Below, one piece after another: positions 9,250-18,099 of a stretch of 38,046 nt of DNA. How positions within the stretch are numbered: the stretch's first letter is position 1; each line of letters begins with the position of its first letter. The position numbers and the translations under genes are program-made. Origin of the DNA: Deltaproteobacteria bacterium (lineage in GTDB: Bacteria > Myxococcota_A > Polyangia > Polyangiales > Houyiibacteriaceae); assembly GCA_034670305.1 (NCBI GenBank), contig JAXMNT010000065.1:1-38046 (forward strand), given 5' to 3'. Below the pieces are notes generated by a model, which was not told the origin of the DNA, made no database searches, and saw only the letters and a program-made list of their open reading frames with translations.

Positions 9250-9300
9250 CGGCCCGCGCCCACCCAGCGTGGAACGCGGTCGGTCTCGGTGCTTTTCGTC

Positions 9301-9316
9301 CGGCACGGTCGTTGCG
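9301..9316 (+). promoter_or_regulatory. Sigma-54 promoter of hemerythrin-regulator unit
   Basis: CGGCACGGTCGTTGCG fits YGGCACG-N4-TTGC. GGAGG RBS and ATG at 9343 follow. Confidence 0.8.
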
Positions 9317-9342
9317 TTGAGTCCGGGGCGGAGGGACTTCTC

Positions 9343-9789
9343 ATGACCGACTCGACACCGACCGAAATCCGCGACGACATGCTGCAAGAACACGCGGAGA
9401 TCTCCGCCCAGCTCCTGCGCCTCGAGCACGCCGCCCAGGGCCTGCGGCGCGAGCCCGCCTTGCGAGAACGGGTCGCGGCAGAACTGCGCAGACTTCGCAG
9501 TCTCTTGTTCGAACACATGCGCCACGAAGAAGAGGTCCTGCTGCCGGAGCTCGCGCAGCTCGCGGGTTTCGGTGCGGTGCGGGTGGCGGACGTGAAGCGC
9601 GAACACGCGATCCAGCGGCAGGTGCTCGACGCGGTGGTCCACGAAGCCCTGCAGATGTCGTCCTGCTCGGAGTTCGCGGGCAACGTACAGGGGCTCATCG
9701 ACGGGCTGCGCGAAGAGATGCAGCGCGAGGAGCAAACCCACTTTCGCATGCTGTCCGACGGGCTCTCGGGGCCCGGCTTCATCGGGTGA
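9343..9789 (+). CDS. Hemerythrin-domain protein
   Basis: Four-helix pattern EHAEI / HMRHEEEVLLP / EHAIQ / EMQREE; RBS present. Confidence 0.85.
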   Translation: MTDSTPTEIRDDMLQEHAEISAQLLRLEHAAQGLRREPALRERVAAELRRLRSLLFEHMRHEEEVLLPELAQLAGFGAVRVADVKREHAIQRQVLDAVVHEALQMSSCSEFAGNVQGLIDGLREEMQREEQTHFRMLSDGLSGPGFIG

Positions 9790-9830
9790 GCCGGTTGCGT
9801 GCCTGGGCCGCGACGGGCACAACCCACGCC

Positions 9831-11207
9831 ATGTCCCGCGGTCGCATCCTCATCGTCGACGACGAACACAACGCCCGAACCGCCCTCGGCGAGATCCTCA
9901 GCGAGGAAGGCTTCGAGACGCGTGAAGCCGAGGACGGCCTGGCGGCGCTCGAGATCCTCGAACACTTCGAGCCCGATGTGGTGCTGACGGACCTGAAGAT
10001 GCCCCGCCTCGATGGCATCGGTCTCATCGAACGCGCCAAAGAGTCGCTGCCACACACGGTGTTCGTGGTCATGACCGCGTTCGCCACCATCGAGACCGCG
10101 GTGCGCGCGATTCAACTGGGCGCCGACAACTACCTCACCAAACCACTCCACCCGGACGCGGTGTCGGCCATCGCCAACCGCGCGCTCGAGACCGCGCGTC
10201 TGCGCGCCGAGACCACGCGGCTGCGCGCCCAGGTGGGGCAGCGACTCTCGGTCCGGGGCATCGTGGGCGACCACCCGAGCATGCAGCGAGTGTTCGAGGT
10301 CATCGCCCAGGTTGCGCGCAGCAAAGCGACGGTGCTGATCTCGGGGGAGACCGGCACCGGCAAAGAGCTCATCGCCGCCGCGGTCCACCACGCGAGCAAG
10401 CGGCGCGACGGGCCGTTCGTGAAGGTGAACTGTGCGGCGCTCGCGGAGGGGGTGCTCGAGTCCGAACTCTTCGGCCACGAACGCGGCGCCTTCACCGGTG
10501 CGACCGGCCGGCGTGCGGGCCGGTTCGAGCAGGCCCATGGCGGCACGCTCTTTCTCGACGAGGTCAGCGAGATCCCGACCTCCACCCAGGTGAAGCTGCT
10601 CCGCTTTCTTCAGGAGCGCGAGTTCGAGCGGGTTGGTGGCAACGACAGCGTGGCGGTGGACGTGCGCATCGTCACCGCGACGAACCGGGACCTGAAGGTG
10701 GCGGTGAAAGAGGGCACGTTCCGCGAGGACCTCTACTACCGGCTCGACGTCGTTCGGATCCCGCTCCCCCCGTTGCGGGCCCGCCGCAGCGATGTGCCGC
10801 TTCTGGCGCAGCACTTTCTCGACCGGGTCTGCGAAGAGAACGAACTCGAGCTCGAGGGCTTCACCGACGACGCGTTGCGCAAGCTCCAGACCTATCCGTG
10901 GCCCGGCAACGTGCGCGAACTCGAGAACGCGGTGGAGCGCGCGGCGGTGCTCTGCCGCCAATCGAAGATCACCGCGGACCTTCTCCCCGGCTCCTCGTCC
11001 GCGACGACCGAGACCTCCGAAGAAGATCTCGATCTGCTCGTGCCGGGCATCTCCATGAACGAGATCGAGCGCATCGCGATCCAGCGCACGCTCGAGGCGA
11101 CCGGAGGCTCCACCGCCAAGGCCGCCGAGATGCTCGGCCTGAGCCGCCGCAAGATCCAGTACCGGCTCAAGGAGTGGTCGGCGGATCCCGAGGACGAGGA
11201 GGAGTGA
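9831..11207 (+). CDS. Sigma-54-dependent NtrC-family response regulator (NmpR-like by context)
   Basis: REC (IVDDE..LTDLKMP), AAA+ (GETGTGKE, ESELFGHERGAFTGA, WPGNVRELEN), Fis HTH (AAEMLGLSRRKIQYRL). Confidence 0.95.
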   Translation: MSRGRILIVDDEHNARTALGEILSEEGFETREAEDGLAALEILEHFEPDVVLTDLKMPRLDGIGLIERAKESLPHTVFVVMTAFATIETAVRAIQLGADNYLTKPLHPDAVSAIANRALETARLRAETTRLRAQVGQRLSVRGIVGDHPSMQRVFEVIAQVARSKATVLISGETGTGKELIAAAVHHASKRRDGPFVKVNCAALAEGVLESELFGHERGAFTGATGRRAGRFEQAHGGTLFLDEVSEIPTSTQVKLLRFLQEREFERVGGNDSVAVDVRIVTATNRDLKVAVKEGTFREDLYYRLDVVRIPLPPLRARRSDVPLLAQHFLDRVCEENELELEGFTDDALRKLQTYPWPGNVRELENAVERAAVLCRQSKITADLLPGSSSATTETSEEDLDLLVPGISMNEIERIAIQRTLEATGGSTAKAAEMLGLSRRKIQYRLKEWSADPEDEEE

Positions 11208-12729
11208 CCTCCACGAGGGTGAACCACGCCCGCGCGCCCCGTCGGTCGCCGCGCGACTCCAGGCCGACCTCGCCCCCGTGCAGCTGGACGATCTTCTGAA
11301 CGATCGCGAGTCCGAGTCCGGTGCCGGCCGCTTTGCTGGTGACGAAGGGTTCGAAGCTGTTGTCGCCCTCGAGCCCAGGCCCCTCGTCCTCGACCACGAG
11401 CTTCACCATGCCGCCGACGCGCTCGATGCGGACCTCGATCGTGCCGGGTCCGAGACCGGTCATCGCTTCCCGCGCGTTGCCGATCAGGTTCAACAACACC
11501 TGCTCGATGCGGGGCGCGTCCCCACGCACCCAGACCCCGCCATCGCCCACGCGGTGAATGGAGATGTCGAACTGGGCGACGAAGGGTTCGGTCAGCAGCA
11601 GCACCCGCCGCAGCACTTCGTCGAGTGAGACCGGCACGTGGGTCGTGGCTTCCGGCCGCGCCAGGTTGAGGAAGTCGTTCAACAACGTGGTCAGCCGCGC
11701 GAGCTCGCGTTCGACGATGTCGATCTTCTCGACGGTCGACCCGGACTCCTCGAGTTTGGCCACGCGCCTGCGCAGCAGGTGCAGCTGCAAGGTGGCCGCG
11801 TTGAGGGGGTTGCGGATCTCGTGCGCGAGGCCGGCGGTCAGAAGCCCGACCGCCGCGAGCGCTTCCCGTTCCGCGCTCAACCGCTGGGCGCGCCGCTCGT
11901 CGCTGATGTCGGTACCCAGCGCGAGCAAGACCACCCCGGAGGTTCCGTCCATCGTGGCGAAGGTGAAGCGCACGTGGCGGGTCTGGTCGCCCACCGAGAC
12001 CTCGACGCGCACCGGGTCGGGGGCGCCCTGCCGTGCGCCTTCGACCGCCGCCGCGAGCTCAGGCACCTCGAGCAGTGCCGCGCCACCGTACCGCTTCGCG
12101 GTGTCGTTGCAGAACCGCACGACGCCTTCGCTGTCGAGTCCGAGGATCATCGTCTGGCCGGATCCTCCTGCGCGCTGCGCGACGTCCAGTCCGATCGCGG
12201 TGGCCAGCTGTCCGAGCGTCGCGAGCCGTTCCTTCGCCTGGAGCTGCCGGCTCGCGTCCTCGTGGTAGCTCTCGAGCATCACGAGCAGCTCGAGGTCCAG
12301 CAAGCGCAAGAGCGCGCGCTCGGTCTCGACCAGGCGCTCGCCGGTGGCGCCTTCCCGTTCGGCGCCGGCCCGGAGCGCGTCGAGGAGCGAGGCCCGCAAC
12401 ACGCCGAGCATCGAGGTCATGTAGCGAGACGGAAGCCCGATCGCGACGTGCACTCGGCCGATGCGAGACCGACGGGCGAAGTAGGCGGTGTCGTAGGTCC
12501 CATCGAAGAGGGTGAACAACCACCCGCTCAGGTGTTCTTTCTGCCGTTCGATCTGCGCCTCGTCTTCGAACACCGCGCGCTGTTTCGGGTTGGCCATCAA
12601 CGTCTCGTAGAAGCCGTCGACGATGCCCTCGAACGCGTCCTTCACCCAGGGCCTGGCCGCGCGCAGCAAGGGGCCATCCGCAGCGCTCAGCCCGATGTCG
12701 CGTTTCATCTCCTCGAGGTCCAGCGCCAT
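11167..12729 (-). CDS. Globin-coupled (protoglobin) sensor histidine kinase with PAS-like segment
   Basis: IVDGFYETL...RIGRVHVAIGLP (B10 Tyr, proximal His); AHEIRNPL; EQVLLNLIGNA; DEGPG; FEPFVTSK..GTGLGL. Overlaps the regulator's 3' end by 41 bp. Confidence 0.92.
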   Translation of the reverse strand: MALDLEEMKRDIGLSAADGPLLRAARPWVKDAFEGIVDGFYETLMANPKQRAVFEDEAQIERQKEHLSGWLFTLFDGTYDTAYFARRSRIGRVHVAIGLPSRYMTSMLGVLRASLLDALRAGAEREGATGERLVETERALLRLLDLELLVMLESYHEDASRQLQAKERLATLGQLATAIGLDVAQRAGGSGQTMILGLDSEGVVRFCNDTAKRYGGAALLEVPELAAAVEGARQGAPDPVRVEVSVGDQTRHVRFTFATMDGTSGVVLLALGTDISDERRAQRLSAEREALAAVGLLTAGLAHEIRNPLNAATLQLHLLRRRVAKLEESGSTVEKIDIVERELARLTTLLNDFLNLARPEATTHVPVSLDEVLRRVLLLTEPFVAQFDISIHRVGDGGVWVRGDAPRIEQVLLNLIGNAREAMTGLGPGTIEVRIERVGGMVKLVVEDEGPGLEGDNSFEPFVTSKAAGTGLGLAIVQKIVQLHGGEVGLESRGDRRGARAWFTLVEVTPPRPRDPPTTP

Positions 12730-12748
12730 CCGGGGGCTATACCGCGAC

Positions 12749-14146
12749 TCAACCACCGGGTGCGAGGAACCGTGCGTGGAGCACTCGTGCTTCGCTGGCC
12801 TCTACCCCTTCCACATAGATGCGGGTGTCGGTGGCGTTCGACGCATCCGCGAGCGGCACGCGAGCCACCACGCGCACGGTGCGGCTGCCGCCGGGGCCGA
12901 GTCGGACCTCGGAAGGCATCTCGAGGCGCATGCCACGGCGGTTCCCGGAGCCAGTACTGCGGTTCTCGAGCCGGAACCTCTGCGGTGCGTCGAGTTTGTT
13001 CACGAGGTGCAGTTCGAGCACGTTGAGCACCTCGCCGTCCGCGACGATGAACGCCGACCCCGTCTGCGGCCGGAGCAGGTTGGCCTCGAAGCTTTCGTGC
13101 CCGCTCAGCGCGTACGAAAACCCGACGACCCAGAGCAGGGTGGCGCCGCCGTAGAGCGCGAGCCGTCCGCGCGAGAACCGGCGTACGCCGCCTTCAAGGC
13201 TTCGGGTGGAGTCGTACCGAATGAGGCCCTCGGGGCGGCCGACCTTCTTCATCACCCCGTCGCAGGCATCCACGCATGCGGCACATGCGATGCACTCCAT
13301 TTGGAGCCCCTTGCGGATGTCGATTCCGGTCGGGCACACGTTCACGCACCGGCCGCAGTCGACGCAGTCGGCGGCCGCCGGATCGCTCGCTTTGCCCCGC
13401 GGCTCTCCTCGGAGGGCGTCGTAGCCGATGACCTGGGTGTCTGAGTCCATCATGGTCGACTGGAGCCGGCCGTACGGACAGACGATGAAGCACAGCTGCT
13501 CGCGGAAGAACCCGAGGTCGAAGTAGATCGCGCCCGAGATGCCGATCATCCAGCCGAACGCGACCGGGTGGTTCATGGGGGAACCCGTGACCATCTGCCA
13601 GAGCGAGGGCAGGGAGACGAAGTAGCTCAAGAGCACGTGCGCGAGAAAGAGCGAGAGCGCGAGAAAGAGCACGTGCTTGAGCATCTTGCGCGCGACCAGC
13701 TGCGCCGTCCTCGGCCCTCGGTCGGCTTTGGCGCGCACACTCGCCGGTCCTTCGACCCAGCGTTCGATGCGCCGCGCGAGCCCTTCGAGGAACACGGTCT
13801 GCGGGCACGCATACCCGCACCACACCCGGCCCCAGATCGCGGTCACCGCGAGCAAGACCAGCGCGGCACCGGCGAGCAAGAAGAACACGAGCCAGAAATC
13901 CTGTGCGTTGAACGCGGCCCCGAAGAGGTAGAAGCGCCGGTGCAACACGTCGAGGAACACCGCCGGGCGTCCGCCGATCTGTACGAAGGGCAGCGCGACG
14001 TAGACCACGATCAGCACCGCGAAGATCACGTTCCGCCGCGTCGTGTACCGTCCCGTCACTTCGTGCGGATGCAACTGCACCCGCGACCCATCCGCCCGAA
14101 TGGACCCAATCCCCCGCTCGTCGATCAACGGCAGCGACCGTTTCAA
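12749..14146 (-). CDS. ccoG: Cytochrome c oxidase accessory protein CcoG/FixG
   Basis: [59 protein letters not shown]. Confidence 0.95.
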   Translation of the reverse strand: MKRSLPLIDERGIGSIRADGSRVQLHPHEVTGRYTTRRNVIFAVLIVVYVALPFVQIGGRPAVFLDVLHRRFYLFGAAFNAQDFWLVFFLLAGAALVLLAVTAIWGRVWCGYACPQTVFLEGLARRIERWVEGPASVRAKADRGPRTAQLVARKMLKHVLFLALSLFLAHVLLSYFVSLPSLWQMVTGSPMNHPVAFGWMIGISGAIYFDLGFFREQLCFIVCPYGRLQSTMMDSDTQVIGYDALRGEPRGKASDPAAADCVDCGRCVNVCPTGIDIRKGLQMECIACAACVDACDGVMKKVGRPEGLIRYDSTRSLEGGVRRFSRGRLALYGGATLLWVVGFSYALSGHESFEANLLRPQTGSAFIVADGEVLNVLELHLVNKLDAPQRFRLENRSTGSGNRRGMRLEMPSEVRLGPGGSRTVRVVARVPLADASNATDTRIYVEGVEASEARVLHARFLAPGG

Positions 14147-15084
14147 AGAGCGACCTCGGCAACATCGGAGTCGGTCTCGATTGCGGCTTCGGCTTCGGAG
14201 TCGGTTTCGGCTTCGGAGTCGGCTTCGGTTTCGGCGTCGGCGTCGGCGTCGGCTTCGGCATCGGCTTCGGCGTCGGCGTCGGCTTCGGTTTCGGCATCGG
14301 CGTCGGCTTCGGCGTCAGCGTCGGCTTCGGCTTCGGAGTCGGCTTCGGCTTCGGCGTCGGCGTCGGCGTCGGCGTCGGCTTCGGCATCGGCTTCGGCGTC
14401 GGCATCGGATTCGGATTCGGATTCGGATTCGGAGTCGGCCTCCGCCTCGGCCTCGCCGCCCCCATCCCCCCGGAACCCCAGCTCCCCCTGCGGCTCCTTG
14501 CCCGGCACTTCCGTGTTCCGGATCGAGATCACGAACGCCGCCAAACGCCGCACCGCGTTCTGCCCGAGCGAAGGACCCCACGTCGGCATGCCGCCCTCGG
14601 CGCCATCGCGAATCACGTCGTGGATCGCCATCGGCGCATACCCATGCAGCCAGTACCCGTCGGTCAGGTTCGGGCCGATGTTCCCTTCTCCCTGCGCACC
14701 GTGGCAGACCGAGCAGTGCTCGGAGTACAGCGCAGCGCCTTCGCCGACCGCGCCCGGGTCCGCCGCGAGCGCGAGGAGAAGATCTTCGGTCGCCGGGCCA
14801 CCCGCGGACTGCGCTTGCAGCGCCTCCGCATACGCTTCCCCTGGCAACTGCGCGACCTCGAACTGGTGGTACGCGAACCAGTACAGGACCCCGAAGACGA
14901 TGGCGCCGTAGTAGGTCGAGAGCCACCAGCGGGGCAGCGCGTTGTCGGCCTCTTCGATCCCATCGTAGACGTGTTTGATCTCGCCCTGGATCGCATCGAC
15001 GCGTCCGGCCCGCGCCGGCTCCACCGGCACATCGCCCGACGACTCACCGGTCACCCTGGTCAGCCCTGCATCGATGTCCGTCAC
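14143..15084 (-). CDS. ccoP: cbb3-type oxidase subunit III (single heme) with about 100-aa acidic tail
   Basis: [17 protein letters not shown]; one [23 protein letters not shown]. Confidence 0.93.
   Translation of the reverse strand: MTDIDAGLTRVTGESSGDVPVEPARAGRVDAIQGEIKHVYDGIEEADNALPRWWLSTYYGAIVFGVLYWFAYHQFEVAQLPGEAYAEALQAQSAGGPATEDLLLALAADPGAVGEGAALYSEHCSVCHGAQGEGNIGPNLTDGYWLHGYAPMAIHDVIRDGAEGGMPTWGPSLGQNAVRRLAAFVISIRNTEVPGKEPQGELGFRGDGGGEAEAEADSESESESESDADAEADAEADADADADAEAEADSEAEADADAEADADAETEADADAEADAEADADADAETEADSEAETDSEAEAAIETDSDVAEVAL
14165..14456 (-). repeat. Degenerate hexamer repeat encoding (E/D)(A/S/T)n tail of CcoP
   Basis: Units TCGGCT / TCGGCG / TCGGAT / TCGGAG on the + strand. 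Confidence 0.9.
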
Positions 15085-15290
15085 GACCGACCTCGCTCGC
15101 CCTCGAAGACCGCGAACGCCTCGGTGTCGTCTTCGATCGCCATCTGCGCCAGTGCGTTCGCCCGGGTCTTGCCGAGCCGGACCGCCCGCACACTCAACAC
15201 CGCGAAGACGCTCGTGAAGATCAGCAGCGCCAACACCGGCAGCATCAAGAGCGGGCTCGCCCCGAAGAAGTCACTCGCCATCGCACTCAT
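15081..15290 (-). CDS. ccoQ: cbb3-type oxidase small subunit CcoQ-like
   Basis: 69 aa, single TM then LAQMAIEDD. Lies between ccoO and ccoP with 4-bp overlaps on both sides. Confidence 0.75.
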   Translation of the reverse strand: MSAMASDFFGASPLLMLPVLALLIFTSVFAVLSVRAVRLGKTRANALAQMAIEDDTEAFAVFEGERGRS

Positions 15291-17803
15291 CGCACCTGCT
15301 CCACTTCGGTATTGGGGTCGGGGGCGGGGTCGGCTTCGGCCTCGGCTTCGGCTTCGGCTTCGGCTTCGGCTTCGGCTTCGGCTTCGGCTTCGGCTTCGGC
15401 TTCGGCTTCGGCTTCGGCTTCGGCTTCCGCGTCCGCGTCCGCGTCCGCTCCCGCTTCGGCTCCCGCTCCGGCTCCCGCCTCCCCGCGCGTCCACCCGTCC
15501 GGGTTCCCGAGCCGCTGCAGGTACGCGATCAGCGCGACCATCCGGCTCTCACGCACGACGTCGCAGTCTTGCGAGTCCGCCATGTCTTCGCAGAACTCGA
15601 CGCCGGCCTCGTGCTGCATGCGTGCCTCGAGCGCCGCGTAGGAGGCGCGCAGGTCGGCCGAAGCGGTCTGGATCTCCGCGGCTTCGTACGGCACGCCAAC
15701 GCTCCGCATCGCCCGCAGCTTGTCCGGCGTCGCGTCCACATCCACGCGCTCCCGCGCGAGGTGATCGTAGGGCGGCATGTTGGACGCCGACGCCATCTCG
15801 CGCGGGTTGCGCAGGTGTCGGTAGTGCCAGTCTTCAGAGTACCGGCCGCCAACCCGCGCGAGGTCCGGTCCGATGCGCCGCGACCCCCACTGGAAGGGGT
15901 GGTCGAAGATCGACTCGTCCGCACGCGACACGGCGCCGTAGCGCGCGGTCTCCCACGTGAAGGGCCGGATCATCTGGCTGTGGCAGGTGTAACAACCCTC
16001 GCGCACGAAGACGTCGCGACCTTCCAGTTCGATCGGGCGGTAGGGGGTGTTGCCGGAGGTCGCGAGCTGTTCGGGCACGGCGATGACCGAGGGCAGGATC
16101 TCTGCGACGCCGCCCACCAGCATCACCGCGAACGTCAGCACGCTGAAGAGCAAGGCCCGGCCTTCGAGCAAGTGGTGCCAGGTCGGTCGCCCACTGCGCG
16201 CCGCGCTCGACATCGCGGCGCTCGTGATCACCGCGAGTCCGAACGCGAGCACCAGAAAGACGGTGGCGCCGGCCGGGTCGAGAGAGAACGCGAACACGAG
16301 CACCACGCCGATGGTGACGATCGCGAACACGATGGGCGCGAACACCAGCGACTGCCAGGACACGTCGTCCTCGTCGGACTTCTCGAGCGCCACCGGCACC
16401 GTGACGCCCGCTTCGACCGGCGCACCGCTCCGCATGGTCATCACCAGGTTCCAGACCATCAGCACGAAGCCGACGAGGTACGCGGTGCCGCCGAGCAGGC
16501 GCGCCCAATAGAGCGGGATGATCGCGACCAGCGTCTCCACGAAGTTCGGGTAGAGCAGCCCGCCACCTTCGTTCTCGGCCCGCCACATGAGCCCCTGGGT
16601 GATGCCCGCCACCCACATCGAGAGCACGTACGCGAGGATGCCGAGCGTGCCGATCCAGAAGTGCGCGTTGGCGGCTTTGACGCTGTGCAGCGGCCGTCCG
16701 TAGAGCCTCGGGACGAGGTAGTAGAACATGCCGGCGGCCATGAAGCCGTTCCAGCCAAGACCGCCGGCGTGTACGTGTCCGATGATCCAGTCCGTGTAGT
16801 GGGCGAGTCCCGAGACGCTCTTGATCGAGAGCAGCGGACCCTCGAGTGTCGCCATGCCGTAGGCCGTGACACCGACCGCCATGAACTTGAGGACCGGGTC
16901 CTTCTTCACCCGGTCCCACGCGCCGCGGAGCGTGAGCAGCCCGTTGAGCATGCCGCCCCAGCTCGGTGCCCAAAGCATGAGGCTGAACACCATGCCGAGG
17001 CTCTGCGCCCAGTCCGGGAGCGCGGTGTAGAGCAGGTGATGCGGCCCGGCCCAGATGTAGAGGAAGACCAGCGACCAGAAGTGAATGATCGAGAGCCGGT
17101 ACGAGAACACCGGCCGGTTCGCGGCCTTCGGCAGGTAGTAGTACATGATGCCGAGGACCGGGGTCGTGAGGAAGAACGCGACCGCGTTGTGGCCGTACCA
17201 CCACTGCACGAGCGCGTCCTGGACGCCGCCGAAGATCGGGTAGCTCTTCATTCCGGAGTACGGAATCGAGAGCGAATTGACGATGTGCAGCACCGCCACG
17301 GTGAGGATCGTGGCGATGTAGAACCAGAGCGCGACGTAGAGGTGCTTCTCTCTGCGGCGCGCAAGCGTCCAGAAGAAGTTCCACGCGAAGACGACCCAGA
17401 CGAGCGTGATGGCGACGTCGATCGGCCACTCGAGCTCCGCGTACTCCTTGCCCTGCGTGTAGCCGAGCGGAAGCGAGATCGCGGCGGCGACGATGATGAG
17501 TTGCCAGCCCCAGAAGTGAATCAGCGACAGCTTCCGGCTCGCCATGCGCGCCTTCGTGAGGCGCTGGGTCGAGTGGTAGATGCCGGCGAAGATCATGTTG
17601 CCGACGAACGCGAAGATGACCGCGTTGGTGTGAAGCGGGCGGAGCCGTCCAAAGGCGAGCTCCGGCGTGAGGTTGGCGGCGGGGAACGCCAGCTGCAGCG
17701 CAATGAGTGCGCCGACCAGCATGCCCACGATGGCGAACGTCACGGACGCCCAGAGGAACTTTCGTACGATGTCGTCGTCGTAGACGATGCGTTCGGTCTG
17801 CAT
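15287..17803 (-). CDS. ccoN: Fused cbb3-type oxidase subunits I/II (CcoN-CcoO)
   Basis: GRLRPLHTNAVIFAF, QWWYGHNAV, WAGPHHL, GHVH. CcoO part EGCYTCHSQMIRP, WGSRRIGPDLAR, SNMPPY. (AE)n tail. Confidence 0.97.
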   Translation of the reverse strand: MQTERIVYDDDIVRKFLWASVTFAIVGMLVGALIALQLAFPAANLTPELAFGRLRPLHTNAVIFAFVGNMIFAGIYHSTQRLTKARMASRKLSLIHFWGWQLIIVAAAISLPLGYTQGKEYAELEWPIDVAITLVWVVFAWNFFWTLARRREKHLYVALWFYIATILTVAVLHIVNSLSIPYSGMKSYPIFGGVQDALVQWWYGHNAVAFFLTTPVLGIMYYYLPKAANRPVFSYRLSIIHFWSLVFLYIWAGPHHLLYTALPDWAQSLGMVFSLMLWAPSWGGMLNGLLTLRGAWDRVKKDPVLKFMAVGVTAYGMATLEGPLLSIKSVSGLAHYTDWIIGHVHAGGLGWNGFMAAGMFYYLVPRLYGRPLHSVKAANAHFWIGTLGILAYVLSMWVAGITQGLMWRAENEGGGLLYPNFVETLVAIIPLYWARLLGGTAYLVGFVLMVWNLVMTMRSGAPVEAGVTVPVALEKSDEDDVSWQSLVFAPIVFAIVTIGVVLVFAFSLDPAGATVFLVLAFGLAVITSAAMSSAARSGRPTWHHLLEGRALLFSVLTFAVMLVGGVAEILPSVIAVPEQLATSGNTPYRPIELEGRDVFVREGCYTCHSQMIRPFTWETARYGAVSRADESIFDHPFQWGSRRIGPDLARVGGRYSEDWHYRHLRNPREMASASNMPPYDHLARERVDVDATPDKLRAMRSVGVPYEAAEIQTASADLRASYAALEARMQHEAGVEFCEDMADSQDCDVVRESRMVALIAYLQRLGNPDGWTRGEAGAGAGAEAGADADADAEAEAEAEAEAEAEAEAEAEAEAEAEAEAEAEADPAPDPNTEVEQVR
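15342..15425 (-). repeat. Perfect (TCGGCT)14 microsatellite encoding (AE)n tail of CcoNO
   Basis: 14 identical hexamers within a longer degenerate tract (about 15316-15482). Confidence 0.95.
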
Positions 17804-17817
17804 TGTCCGGACCCCTT

Positions 17818-17833
17818 TTCAACACCCGTGCCA
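17818..17833 (-). promoter_or_regulatory. Sigma-54-type promoter of ccoNO
   Basis: TGGCACGGGTGTTGAA: perfect -24 element, -12 reads TTGA instead of TTGC. Confidence 0.65.
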
Positions 17834-17874
17834 GTGCGTGCGTTGCGCGAAGTGCGCGTTTCGGGGGCGCGCGT

Positions 17875-18099
17875 TCAGGGCGGGGCGCACCCGCTGCGTG
17901 CGGGGTCGGGGTCGGCGCAATCACTGCGTGCGGTGCTTGAAAGACTGCGTGGAGCGACTTCGTCGTCGGCCAGCGGCGCGAGCGCGAGCCGGTCCGAGTG
18001 GTTCAAGGTCCGCCGCGACACGGTGAAGAGGAAGAGCAGGAACCCCGCCGCCGCGAGGGCGAGCGTCACGAAGAGCATCAACACCAAGACGCTGGTCAC
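17875..18099 (-). CDS. ccoS: cbb3 assembly protein CcoS/FixS
   Basis: GTG start overlapping the ccoI stop. One TM then HSDRLALAPLADD; expected position. Confidence 0.8.
   Translation of the reverse strand: MTSVLVLMLFVTLALAAAGFLLFLFTVSRRTLNHSDRLALAPLADDEVAPRSLSSTARSDCADPDPARSGCAPP
17885..17929. promoter_or_regulatory. Pair of GCGCA-N5-TGCGT palindromes upstream of the ccoNO promoter
   Basis: GCGCA-CCCGC-TGCGT (17885-17899) and GCGCA-ATCAC-TGCGT (17915-17929), 30 bp apart, inside the 3' tail of ccoS. Confidence 0.7.

Noticed and set aside
9815-9830. GGGCACAACCCACGCC as a sigma-54 site for the regulator
   Set aside because: Lacks the TT before GC and abuts the ATG, so +1 would fall inside the gene.
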